A stretch of DNA of 63,702 nucleotides, the filler included, from Octopus bimaculoides (lineage: Eukaryota), in NCBI RefSeq assembly GCF_001194135.2. It is 4 parts of 4 records of this genome, joined end to end, with 100 filler letters (N's around TTAATTAATTAA, not from the genome) between each part and the next. Parts side by side here need not be neighbours in the genome. Positions count along the whole stretch, not along the records: positions 29,850 to 59,014 come from NC_068991.1; 3 more parts are not named here. The stretch is one strand, 5' to 3'. The translations under genes and the position numbers were made by a program. Positions 35,975-48,373 of this stretch are shown here, piece by piece; the stretch's first letter is position 1, and each line of letters begins with the position of its first letter. The notes under the pieces were generated by a model, which was given only the letters and a program-made list of their open reading frames with translations, searched no databases and was not told the DNA's origin.

Positions 35975-36057
35975 TCAAACAAGGAATCTGGGAATCGAAA
36001 CCACGATCCTACGACCGCGAGTCCGCTGCCCTAACTGCTGGGCCATTGCGCCTCCAC
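35975..36057 (-). mobile_element. tRNA-derived SINE family D head
   Basis: Reverse strand ggaggcgcaatggcccagcagttagggcagcggactcgcggtcgtaggatcgtggtttcgattccc. Confidence 0.65.
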
Positions 36058-36566
36058 AATAGAAACCGAATACTCCAGAAATATAAAACATGGAATATTA
36101 TCATAAGTTATCTGTCGGGATGTCGATGTTTCGATTTCTGTTCGCCTCATCGTCCGCTGTCGAACTGTTTTAGAAATAACATTACGATTGGTTGGCATAC
36201 AAGTGTACTAAGCAGGGACGAAGGAACGAATCAGTCGTATTTCACTTAAATGGTAACTAATGTTTGTTTAAGTTTGACAGTGAAAAATACACTCAAAAAG
36301 GCTCTAGGCGTTCAACCACATAATTGGCGCCACTGATTCGACGTTGACTTACTTGACATCAGGCATTTTAATGTTGCTCTCGCTCGTTTTCCCCGTTTCC
36401 CCTCGTTTTCTGTGTGTAAGCATATTTCTCTTTAAGTGTATGAGGAGAGGGAAATGATTCATGTCAATCGTGTACGAATAAGTTTAATAATTTCTCTCTC
36501 TCACACGCTCATTCCTGCGCTCTCTCTGTCTATCCCACACTCTCTGTATCCACCTCTCTCTCACTA

Positions 36567-36628
<62 letters not shown>

Positions 36629-36824
36629 CATTCCGCCATCTCTATCTACTACGCTCTTTCTTAATCTATCCTGTTATCTCTCCCTCTCCCGCTCTCTCTC
36701 TATATATACTACTCTCTCTCTATATATACTACTCTCTCTGTCTATCCATCCCACACTCTCACCCCTCTCTATCTCTCTACATGCATGTGTATATTTCTGC
36801 GTGAGCGTATGTGTTTGCCTCCAG

Positions 36825-37070
36825 TGCCAAAACATACTTTCACCCAAGCAAGTTGAAAGTCTAGTTAGCCGTGCCAAATCGTCAGTAACCAAACAGCCAC
36901 GCCAAACGCCAAATCGTCTCATTCCACTTCAGAATACTCTACTAATGGAAAAGCTACAAAATCTGTCAAGAGCTTTACAGTCGCTAACCGCACATTACAC
37001 TTTTAGTTCATCCTACCACCGACTACCTACTGAGTGGTTGTCTCCTCTCAATCACTATATATCAAATTGA
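36825..37070 (+). CDS. Candidate coding exon of an unknown gene (weak)
   Basis: Acceptor-like tgtttgcctccAG at 36823-36824; the phase-0 frame CQNILSPKQVESLVSRAKSSVTKQPRQTPNRLIPLQNTLLMEKLQNLSRALQSL... stays open while the other two + frames stop early; no homologue recognised. Confidence 0.2.
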   Translation, partial: CQNILSPKQVESLVSRAKSSVTKQPRQTPNRLIPLQNTLLMEKLQNLSRALQSLTAHYTFSSSYHRLPTEWLSPLNHYISN

Positions 37071-37431
37071 TTTACGTTTAACATATGGCTATTTGCATAG
37101 TTTATTTCAAGTGTGTTGTACTTTCTATTGATTTTTATGGCTTCTATTTTGCTATTAATATTTTTTTGTTTATTTCTCGCCTTCAATACAAACAGACACA
37201 AACGTATATATTTTTGTCCATATATGAGATAAATGTATATATATATATATATATNNNNNNNNNNNNNNNNNNNNNNNNNNNNNNNNNNNNNNNNNNNNNN
37301 NNNNNNNNNNNNNNNNNNNNNNNNNNNNNNNNNNNNNNNNNNNNNNNNNNNNNNNNNNNNNNNNNNNNNNNNNNNNNNNNNNNNNNNNNNNNNNNNNNNN
37401 NNNNNNNNNNNNNNNNNNNNNNNNNNNNNNN

Positions 37432-37473
<42 letters not shown>

Positions 37474-37700
37474 ATATGTAAATATATATATATTTATTTA
37501 AAGTGATACATATACATATATATATATATATTGATACATATATATATATACATACATATGCATATATATTGAAGAGATAAAAGGTATACACACACACACA
37601 CACACACACACATGTTTGTAGGTATGTGTGTGTGTCTGTGTGTATGTGTGTGTGTCTGTGTGTATGTGTGTGTGTAAATACTGTAAGCCATTCGCAATTC

Positions 37701-37943
37701 GGAGTAAAGATTGTTTGCCAAAATAACATGGCAGTCCGGATTAGGACAAATGTTGCTGTAGTTTAACCCCAAGAGACATCGTCTCCAGCTGGCTATACGA
37801 TACGATCTGTGTCACTATATTTTCGAACAAGGGAATCTAGCACCCCCACTCAGCTCAAAACAATATCTGTGTATCGCATCTTCCGGGTTATTTCACTTCA
37901 TCAGCACAGCATAATTGTTATGTTGGCAAACAATCTTTACTCC
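37701..37943. mobile_element. MITE with 26-bp terminal inverted repeats
   Basis: ggagtaaagattgtttgccaaaataa versus ttatgttggcaaacaatctttactcc (25/26 complementary); no clear TSD. Confidence 0.75.
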
Positions 37944-38852
37944 AAAGTACTGTTGCTGAATATCTCTCGTTGTGAGAGATTTACAAATAGCAATTTTCTA
38001 GTCATTCGCCATTCGTTTTTAAATTCTTGACTCTTTACATTATCTTCCCTTCTGAACTGGAGATGATGTTAATTACCATAAGATGTCACGTTTAAGGACG
38101 GGCTGGGGTTTCACAGCAACTACAAGTGACTGTGTGCCACGAGATTACTCATTCAGAACAGAACTTGGGCTACAAGGTAACACTACAACCAACACAACCA
38201 GCACCACCATCACCACCAGCACCACCATCACCACCAGCACCACCAGCACCACCAGCACCACCACAACCAACATCACCAAAGCCACCACCAGTGTCAACAT
38301 CACCACTATCNNNNNNNNNNNNNNNNNNNNNNNNNNNNNNNNNNNNNNNNNNNNNNNNNNNNNNNNNNNNNNNNNNNNNNNNNNNNNNNNNNNNNNNNNN
38401 NNNNNNNNNNNNNNNNNNNNNNNNNNNNNNNNNNNNNNNNNNNNNNNNNNNNNNNNNNNNNNNNNNNNNNNNNNNNNNNNNNNNNNNNNNNNNNNNNNNN
38501 NNNNNNNNNNNNNNNNNNNNNNNNNNNNNNNNNNNNNNNNNNNNNNNNNNNNNNNNNNNNNNNNNNNNNNNNNNNNNNNNNNNNNNNNNNNNNNNNNNNN
38601 NNNNNNNNNNNNNNNNNNNNNNNNNNNNNNNNNNNNNNNNNNNNNNNNNNNNNNNNNNNNNNNNNNNNNNNNNNNNNNNNNNNNNNNNNNNNNNNNNNNN
38701 NNNNNNNNNNNNNNNNNNNNNNNNNNNNNNNNNNNNNNNNNNNNNNNNNNNNNNNNNNNGACAACAATAATTACAACATCAAAAACCTACCTTAAAATCA
38801 ACATGGTGAAATGAAATACTTCTGGTTTTGGAAGGACTTGTACACACTAATG

Positions 38853-38918
<66 letters not shown>

Positions 38919-38945
38919 GTCTGTCTGTCTGTCCGTCAGCCTATC

Positions 38946-38984
<39 letters not shown>

Positions 38985-39011
38985 ATTTCTCTCTATCTAT
39001 CTATCTATCTA

Positions 39012-39044
<33 letters not shown>

Positions 39045-39532
39045 ATATATATGAGCATATTCGTTATGTAAGTGAATACACTGTCATATGTTTCTGGTTA
39101 TTATAAATTAAATCAAATATACTTGCTACATGTATTCTAATTGATAAGGCGTACAGCGCAGAAATATTGTTATTAATGAGGCTAAATTTTCAAGGAAGAG
39201 AGAGAGAAAGAGAGAGAGAAATAAATAAATAAATAAATAAATAAAGAAAGAAAGAAAGAAAGAAAGAAAAAAGAGTGAGAGGAGAAAGGGTTGAAATTTG
39301 AGTGTATGCATGTAGGTGAGTGACAGAGAGGTAATAAATAAATAAACGAATATATAAATAAGAATTAGAAGACGGAATAGGAACAGACGTAAAAGAAAGA
39401 AAATCAGAAAATATATCTTTTGAAACTATAGAAAGCAATTCTAAAACGGTAGTCAATGGATAGAGAAAAGGCATAACTTTCTAAAATTCTTTCTAACTCA
39501 ACCTAGTGCATGTGTGTTTTTGGATGTGCGTG

Positions 39533-39603
<71 letters not shown>

Positions 39604-39614
39604 TTATCTATCTA

Positions 39615-39648
<34 letters not shown>

Positions 39649-39649
39649 G

Positions 39650-40890
39650 TCAATATCGTCACGCCACCTTCCTGTTTTTGTGGCTATGGCGAAAGAATGT
39701 ATCTGGTGGACGCGTACTAGTCCCTTCGCTTTTCACGGTATTTTCGGGGAATTAGAGAATATTTTGTGAATATATAAGATTTTACTCAAAAGGATCTAAT
39801 TTTGGATTGGTTATCTTTTTGATGATGTCTTATTCTTTCTAGTGTTTTGGTTGGTTGGTTGGTTTCCAGTACATAGGAACAAATTTTGATTGGTTGTAGG
39901 TTTCGTGACATCACTTTACTTTGTTAAAGAACTTGCTTTTGTTTTCGTCAAGTTTAGCGTTCTGCTTGGTTGACTTTCCTATAGGAACTCGGTTGATTCC
40001 CTGAAGGAGTCAATTTCCTTTTTTATGAGGACCTTGTTCTGATCGGAGGTAAAATTTTATTTGTCTAGTGAGAAGTGACGTCAGCAACTGGTGTTTGAGA
40101 AGATATATGGTGTTATTGTATAGTAATTTGGAGTTGGGATTTCGAAACCTTGGGGTGGGGGAGCCTGTTACTAAAATTTTCAAACTATGTTTGCTGCATC
40201 TGGTTGCTTTTTGTGGAAAAATTGAGTCTTTTCTTCTTTCTAGTGTCTTATTAAAGGGTATTTAGTTGCGGTTTGTATTTTTCAATGAGTATGCTTTCTT
40301 TATTCAATCGGAATTGGGTTGTAGTGTTTCCGGTGCATTGATGAGGGGGGGGGGATTTGGTATTTCGGGTTTATGTTTGCGGGGAATTGATCTAGGTGTT
40401 TGTTTATAGGAATTCTCCTTCTCGTGCGGGCTCGGATTTGTTGCCTGTGTACCGTCAGCCTGTCCCTCAAGGTATAACTAGTTTGACCTACGTTGTCTCC
40501 ATCACGAAGCGCTTCGATGCACAGGTGAAGTGATTTTCTATAGTAAAAATTATATGTCGAGCTCTCCAAGAGGTAGATGCAAGTCTCGCGGTTAGGTCGG
40601 TTGTATTTTTTTTTACTAGTGGGGCTGTATTTTTAGTAGGTAATTTGGCGCTGGTAAGTAACATTTTTAGGGATTGCAGTTATCTGTTACTTTTAATGAG
40701 TTTATGTGTTTCCCGTGCTTTTTTTTCACTCGCAGGTCATTCATAAGGAGGGATATGTTTTGGTGTTAACTCTGAGTACCAGTTTCCCTACCAACTTTTC
40801 TCATGGTTCCAATTCGAGGGAAGTTAAGTCTCATTGTTTCATTGGGAAACCACCTATGTTCTACCCTATCGCTACCTACACTGCTATGTA
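39650..40890 (-). pseudogene. Degraded Penelope-like element 3' part (linker, Cys motif, GIY-YIG, 3' UTR/pLTR)
   Basis: Minus strand LIKSNR*LQSLKMLLTSAKLP...NRPNRETCIYLL and VGQTSYTLRDRLTVHRQQIR; the downstream UTR ends in a decayed hammerhead-like ...acgcgtc motif near 39700-39740. Confidence 0.75.
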
Positions 40891-41248
40891 TTTATATATT
40901 TACACACTCACACACACACACACACACACACACACGTGTGTGTGTGTGCATTCTTTCTTTCTTTATTTATTATATGAAATAACACATACAAACACGCACA
41001 CAAAGATAGACATGGGGAAGCCTATATTTGTGTGTGTAAGTGTGTGTGTGTGTAATGTTTCTCATCTCATATTATTTCACAATTGCATCACTTCCCCATC
41101 TACCTAACTACATCTTACTTTCATTTCACTTCATCTCTCTCTCTCTGTCTCTCTCGCTCTCTCTCTCTCTCTGTGCCTCTTTCGCTCTCTCTCTGTGTCT
41201 CTCTCGCTCTCTCTCTCTCTCTCGCTCTCTCTCTCTCTCCCTCTCTCT

Positions 41249-41559
41249 CTACTTCTCTACTTGCCCTTTTCACCATCTATCACAACCTCTCTCACTCTGT
41301 CTCTCTCGCTCTCTCTCTATCTCTCTCTCTGTCTCTGTCTCTCTCCCTCTCTCTCTCTCTCTCTGTCTCTCTCCCTCTCTCTCTCTACTTCTCTACTTGC
41401 CTTTTTCACCATCTATCACAACCTCTCTCTCTCTCTCTCTGTCTCTCTCCCTCTCTCTCTACTTCTCTACTTATCCTTTTCACCATATATCACAACCCCT
41501 CTCTCTCTCTCTCTCTCTCTCTACTTCTCTACTTGCCCTTTTCACCATCTATCACAACC
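41249..41559. repeat. Four ~39-bp units separated by variable (CT)n-rich spacers
   Basis: ctacttctctacttgcccttttcaccatctatcacaacc at about 41249, 41385, 41459 and 41521. Confidence 0.9.
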
Positions 41560-41679
41560 TCTCTCTCTCATTTCTCTCTCATCATCCCTCAGTTTCTTTT
41601 CCACTCTCATATATTATCTCATTGCTACTTCACCTCTTTATCTCATCCACCCAAACTCTGCCTCCTTCCCCCCTCTTTT

Positions 41680-41715
<36 letters not shown>

Positions 41716-41855
41716 TCCTTCTCACTTTAGTCTCCATCCTATCACCCTCACGTGACACCTTCACTATCATCATCATCAACCACTTCCCACCACCCTCCAC
41801 GCGGTTTACACATCATTGGAACACAACCGTATATCAAAGTGGCGGCGGGGTTCTC

Positions 41856-41870
41856 TGACAGAGGGCGCTG
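41856..41870 (+). promoter_or_regulatory. Candidate CTCF-like motif
   Basis: tgaCAGAGGGCGCTG matches the 3' twelve bases of the CTCF core CCASYAGRKGGCRSYR; lies in a unique GC-richer island. Confidence 0.3.
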
Positions 41871-42088
41871 TTAAAGTCGGCCATAATGACCCCCAATTAA
41901 CTAAGAGGGAACGCACACATAACTTACCGCCCCCTTTTTTTGTTTGGTCGATCATATGATTGACACACAGATCTCCCCTACCTCACAGCCCCAGCCATTC
42001 ACCCTGTAGTTGTCGCTGTGGTGACAATAATGCCGTTGCCGTTATTCTTGTTGTTGTTGCTGTTCTTTTACAGCTGTGTTGTTGTTTC

Positions 42089-42119
<31 letters not shown>

Positions 42120-42189
42120 GCGTAGTGTTTAGCGATGAAGACTAAATGTCTGATCGTAACTAAGTTCTGTCGTCATCAATGGCGTTGCA

Positions 42190-42211
42190 ACCACCACCAC
42201 CACCATCACCC

Positions 42212-42246
<35 letters not shown>

Positions 42247-42492
42247 TTCGACATTATCACTATCGTTGTCGTCGTCAACATCATCATGATCATCATCATT
42301 ACCACTCACTGTCACCACCATCGTCATTACCCCTCCTCCTCCTCCTCGTCATTGTCGTCGTCGTCGTCCTCTTCCTCCTCCACTTCCTCCTCCTCTTCCT
42401 CCTCCTCCTCCTCCTCTTCCTCCGCTTCCTCCTCCTCTTCCTCCTCCTCTTCCTCCTCTTCTTCCTCCTCCTCCTCCTCCTCTTCCTCCTCC

Positions 42493-42524
<32 letters not shown>

Positions 42525-42541
42525 ATCATCATCATCACCAC

Positions 42542-42573
<32 letters not shown>

Positions 42574-42581
42574 CCACCACC

Positions 42582-42613
<32 letters not shown>

Positions 42614-42830
42614 CATCATCATCGCTATTGTTGTCGCCGGCGTGATCATCATCTCAAAAAAGAAAAAAGGACGATGATCACCATCACCATCACCATCACC
42701 ATCACCGTCATGACAATCGTTAAAGACCCTGCCATGATCATCACCACCCGTCTCCATGACAGTCACTGACTCCATCTCACGCTACTACTACTACTACTAC
42801 TACTACCACCATCACCATCACCACTGATGA
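42190..42830. repeat. ~640-bp mosaic of CAT, CAC, CCT, TCC and CTA trinucleotide repeats
   Basis: Direct inspection; source of the poly-S, poly-H and poly-R pseudo-ORFs. Confidence 0.95.
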
Positions 42831-44465
42831 CACCCTTACCATCATCTCAGATATTAGTTACTGTTACTCTCGCTCTCTGTCCCCTCTCTCTCTCTCTCCC
42901 CCTCTCTCTCTCCCCCNNNNNNNNNNNNNNNNNNNNNNNNNNNNNNNNNNNNNNNNNNNNNNNNNNNNNNNNNNNNNNNNNNNNNNNNNNNNNNNNNNNN
43001 NNNNNNNNNNNNNNNNNNNNNNNNNNNNNNNNNNNNNNNNNNNNNNNNNNNNNNNNNNNNNNNNNNNNNNNNNNNNNNNNNNNNNNNNNNNNNNNNNNNN
43101 NNNNNNNNNNNNNNNNNNNNNNNNNNNNNNNNNNNNNNNNNNNNNNNNNNNNNNNNNNNNNNNNNNNNNNNNNNNNNNNNNNNNNNNNNNNNNNNNNNNN
43201 NNNNNNNNNNNNNNNNNNNNNNNNNNNNNNNNNNNNNNNNNNNNNNNNNNNNNNNNNNNNNNNNNNNNNNNNNNNNNNNNNNNNNNNNNNNNNNNNNNNN
43301 NNNNNNNNNNNNNNNNNNNNNNNNNNNNNNNNNNNNNNNNNNNNNNNNNNNNNNNNNNNNNNNNNNNNNNNNNNNNNNNNNNNNNNNNNNNNNNNNNNNN
43401 NNNNACCACCATCATTATCATCCCTCCCCCTTCACCATCTCACCCCCACCGTTAGAACTACCTCACACCTACCACACCCATATTCTCCATTTTTGAAATT
43501 ACCATCGATTCTGAAATCACCACCGTCTTCCTCATCCTCATCATCCTCATCACTACCACCACCCATAAAACCCCCACCCACACACCACCACCACCACCAC
43601 CACCACCACAATCACTGCCATTGTTATTATGGTGTCCAACCCCAGTCTGTAACTCCCACTAACTAACAATAGTGTCAACACCATCGTGCCCTGTTCAAAT
43701 AATATTGTTAAAACACACAAGACCTTCAATGCACGCCCCTATGGCTTTCACACAGATTGAACACCTCCTTCCAGCTTTAACTATTGTAGATAATCGTCAC
43801 AACAATGATGATTGCGTTCGCAGATATCTCTCTGCTTCATTGTCATGTCGTGTCATCTCCTGATTCATTTACCGTTACTATGACATACACTGCTCCTCCT
43901 CACCAAATCCTTTATTTATTTATTTTTTTGATCTACGTATTAATACGAATATATGGAGGTAATTGCTTCATGTTTTGGTTGTCAGAAATGTCCACCAACG
44001 GGCAATCAATCTTATTGAATTATTTTGCCGGTTGAAGGTACGTTCGATTATATTGATCTCACTATTCGATTGATACTCTATAGAATATTTAAACCAAAGT
44101 TTCTCAGCCTATTTCCCACTAGACCACACTATAACTTTCCAGAAAATGTATGCCCCACCGGTGGTTGGAAAAATACAACTTTATTTTTAATATTTCGTAA
44201 TTATGTATTTTCCTTAAAGAAATATCCATACTAAGACATTAGAAATGCGCTCTACTACACCAAATAGTCTTTACACAGTCTGCTTGCCTCGAGGAATTGG
44301 TTTGGCTTGATTGAATATAGGTGTAGTATGTTTAGTGCGAAAATAAAATTTTTACAATTCCATGTCCCATTAAAAACGAAAAGAAAGCAAAAATTTGGAT
44401 CCCACGCCTCACCATAATTCCCCCAGGCTCCAGCGGTTAGGCGTATGCCCCACGCTGGGAATCAT

Positions 44466-45192
44466 TGGTGCCTCATGAATTGTCTGAAAGCAACCGCAAA
44501 TCCCGAGTTGACATCTGCTCTTCTCTTCATTCTCGCGAACTCATTTCACCCTTTTTGGATAGACTTGTGTCTGGTGACGAAAATGGATCTTCTATCGAAA
44601 TGTTAAACGTCGTAAACAGTGACTTGGTAAAAGGGAAAAAGCTCAACCACAACCGAGAATGGAATTTTATGGGAAAAAAGGTTCTTTTCTCTATCTGGTG
44701 ATATTGCAAAGGAGTAATTCACTTTGAATTGTTACCACCTAATGCAACAATCAATGCCCAAGTCTACTGTCAGCAATTAGAACATTTGAACCAAGCTTTG
44801 AAGAAAAAAAGACCCACTTTAGTGAATCGAAAAGGAGTGATGTTTCATCAGGACAATAGGCGACCCCACACTACAGAGATCACATCACAGAAGATCGAAG
44901 AGCCTGGTTGGGAAAAAATTCCTCATCCACCTTATTCTCTCGACCTTGCTCCTTCAGACTACCATTTGTTTCGTAGTTTACTTTTGCAAGCCAGGAGGAG
45001 GTCGTAACTGACATTTCAGAGCTCTTCGCTTTGAAACCTAAAGAGTTTTACATTGATGGGATTGTAAATAAATGGAAGAAAGTCATAGATAATCAGGGAA
45101 AGTACATTGATGATTAAATTTCAATTAAATATAACATTTGATCGCTTGTTTTCTTTATTCAAAATTCGGACAGAACTTATGGGATGACCTGA
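44466..45192 (+). pseudogene. 5'-truncated mariner (DD34D-type) transposase pseudogene with 3' TIR
   Basis: VPHELS...FLDRLVSGDE...FHQDNRRPHT...PHPPYSLDLAPSDYHLF, with frameshifts; 3' TIR cggacagaacttatgggatgacctga followed by TA. Confidence 0.9.
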
Positions 45193-45920
45193 TATTAGAC
45201 TCACTGTATTCTCAGTAACACAGTCTCTTAATAAGAAAATAAGTCCTAACTATACATATTTCGCACTAAATACATACGTCGCACTAAATATCAAAAACAA
45301 AGATAGCAAGCAAATTTTATGACTTTTACGAAATTCTCATTAAACCTCAAGTACAGAAAAAATCATTCAATTGTAACACAATCAGTCAGCAACAGCTGCA
45401 CAACCGACAATCTAAACGACCTACAAATTTTAAGGAAAATAATATGAGGTGCACATTCAAAAATAAAGGGTTATGTTCCTTTATGTCGAAAGCTGTAGAA
45501 AAACCTTGATCTGTTTCAGGGGTGGTATAATGACCCAAACAGGAAGTGTAGTTAAATTCTGTATTTCTAATTATTTACTATTGATTAAATGTTTATGAAA
45601 ATTATGAAGTCTTAGTGCTGGGTTTTATAGACAAGAAGAAGCACGACCCGATTAATAAGGAATTAGACGCAGGAAATTATAAGAATACGTCGATCCCTTT
45701 GCGTATCTTGACATACAAGGGACGAAAACCAATTAAATTATTCACTCTGATTTTAATATTAGCATGAGGCTTTATATGTACGATAATTGCTGTTATTTAT
45801 GAGCACGGTGTTAAATAGGCAAAGCTAAATAATACAATTAAACGCGTATCTTTAAGCAAATGGATGGCAGCACAAATAAATAAGTATATTATTAATTTTA
45901 GCTTTGATTTGAGTAGAATT

Positions 45921-46128
45921 GTGCTGCAGGGCTGGCAGAACCGTTAGAGCGTCGGAAAAAAGTCCTTTGCAGCATTTCGTCAATAGTTGTTTTCTGAGTT
46001 CTAATCCCACCGTGGTCACCTTTCCCTTCATCACCCTGGGGTCCATAAAATAATATACCTGTCAAGTACTGGAATCGGTGGTATCAACTAACCCCTGCCT
46101 TCAAAATAACTGGACTTGTGTCCCAATT
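45921..46128 (+). mobile_element. Diverged SINE family B
   Basis: gctggcagaaccgttagagcg...ctgagttctaatcc...ttcatcaccctggggtccataaaat. Confidence 0.7.
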
Positions 46129-46181
46129 AGTCGTGAGGTGCTGTTAAAAGTACGTGAAGGTGAATTCTCAAATTAGATAAG

Positions 46182-46224
<43 letters not shown>

Positions 46225-46671
46225 ATTAATACAAAACGGAGAAAACGGACAGTAAGGAAAAGACAACAACGAAGAAGAGATGTGCTCGAAACGTAAAACA
46301 ACCACTTTCTTTCCTTCTCTGAGTGTCTCATGAGTGCGTTGCTTGTACCACGTCCGCGTGCTGTTTTTTTAAATTTTTGTTGTCATTTTCTCCGTTATTT
46401 TATTTATTTATTAGATATTTACCGCACGCTCACACGGACCCTCGTCCTTCCGACTAGCTTTGGAATAACTAATTCGCCGAATTCCTTCTATCATTGGATT
46501 ACATCACCTTATGCATTCGGGGTACGCTGTTTCTGCACATTGATTATATATATATATATATACATACTAGTCTGTATATACTGTTTTTCTTCTTTTTAAT
46601 ATATACGAATATAAACAACACAGAAAAGTTACTGCGTTGCAAAATCAGAAGGAAATATATATTCATATACA

Positions 46672-46738
<67 letters not shown>

Positions 46739-46875
46739 TTATATATATATATGTATGTGTGTATCAGTGTGTGTGTATGTGTGTGAATTTTATTGAGCAT
46801 TTCAGGAGAAATTAAAAATTTATTATAGTGAATATACTCCCATTGAATACATTGAATACATACATGTGTGAATAT

Positions 46876-47250
46876 TGGCTGTGTGGTAAGTAGCTTGCTT
46901 ACCAACCACATGGTCCCGGGTTCAGTCCCACTGCGTGGCATCTTGGGCAAGTGTCTTCTACTATAGCCTCGGGCCGACCAAAGCCTTGTGAGTGGATTTG
47001 GTAGACGGAAACTGAAAGAAGCCTGTCGTATATATGTATATATATACGTATGTGTGTATGTGTTTGTATGTCTGTGTTTGTCACCCCAACATCGCTTGAC
47101 AACCGATGGTGGTGTGTTTATGTCCTCGTAACTTAGCAGTTCGGCAAAAGTGACCGATAGAATAAGTACTAGGCTTCCAAAGAATAAGTCCTGGGATCGA
47201 TTTGCTCGACAAAAGGCGGTGCTCCAGCATGGCCACAGTCAAAAGACTGA
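46876..47250 (+). mobile_element. Near full-length SINE family A
   Basis: tggctgtgtggtaagtagcttgc head, cttgggcaagtgtctt CORE-like segment, TA/TG microsatellite at about 47030-47075, and tail running into the gap. Confidence 0.9.
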
Positions 47251-47583
47251 NNNNNNNNNNNNNNNNNNNNNNNNNNNNNNNNNNNNNNNNNNNNNNNNNN
47301 NNNNNNNNNNNNNNNNNNNNNNNNNNNNNNNNNNNNNNNNNNNNNNNNNNNNNNNNNNNNNNNNNNNNNNNNNNNNNNNNNNNNNNNNNNNNNNNNNNNN
47401 NNNNNNNNNNNNNNNNNNNNNNNNNNNNNNNNNNNNNNNNNNNNNNNNNNNNNNNNNNNNNNNNNNNNNNNNNNNNNNNNNNNNNNNNNNNNNNNNNNNN
47501 NNNNNNNNNNNNNNNNNNNNNNNNNNNNNNNNNNNNNNNNNNNNNNNNNNNNNNATATATGCATGTGTGTGTGTCTGAGAGTG

Positions 47584-47634
<51 letters not shown>

Positions 47635-47772
47635 CACACACACAAATATACGTAATATTTGTATGTGTGTGTATTCAATGTTTTCAGTAGGTGTGTATTT
47701 ACTAATAAATTTTAAATTTCTCTTCAAATGCGCAATAAAATACATTTATATAAACATTATAAACACATACAT

Positions 47773-47814
<42 letters not shown>

Positions 47815-47886
47815 ACACACAGACATATATATATGATGATATTTTAAAGAGTGAATGCATGAATGAAATGTACAAACGATACAACG

Positions 47887-47924
<38 letters not shown>

Positions 47925-48199
47925 GATAGATACACACATCTACACAGACACACACGCACCACCACCGCCTACTCGCGCATGTTGTAAAACAAGTTTTCCT
48001 CTTTGTCACGCTTGAGTAAATTGCCACAACTGACAATAAGCGAAGTGGGTGTTGATGATATTTTGACATTAAATAAGTGCAGTATATATTTGCTTAAATA
48101 CGCATGCACTCATGCACACACACCCACAAACACACACACACACACACACATGTATATGACTTTGTGTGACTATGCATATATATATATATATATATTGTA

Positions 48200-48373
48200 T
48201 TACTCTTTTACTCTTTTATTTGTTTAAGCAATTTGGTTGCGGTCATGCTGGAACACCGCCTTTAGTCAAAGAAATCGACCCAGGAAAGGACTTATTCTTT
48301 GTAAGCCGAACCGCTAACTTACGGGGACGTAAACACACCAGCATCGGTTGTCAGGCGATGGTGAGGGGGACAA
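48200..48373 (-). mobile_element. SINE family A 3' half with a small internal deletion
   Basis: tactcttttactc...catgctggaacaccgcctttagtc...tttgtaagcc|gaaccgctaac. Confidence 0.85.

Noticed and set aside
36110-36165. Minus-strand cgatgag...cgaaac hammerhead-like string
   Set aside because: The U of CUGA is missing, stem II is unpaired and there is no NUH triplet
41249-41559. CRISPR array
   Set aside because: Eukaryotic context; spacers are CT microsatellites of very unequal length; no cas genes
42135-42775. Poly-His, poly-Ser and poly-Arg ORFs as a real protein
   Set aside because: Pure trinucleotide mosaic that is open in several frames on both strands
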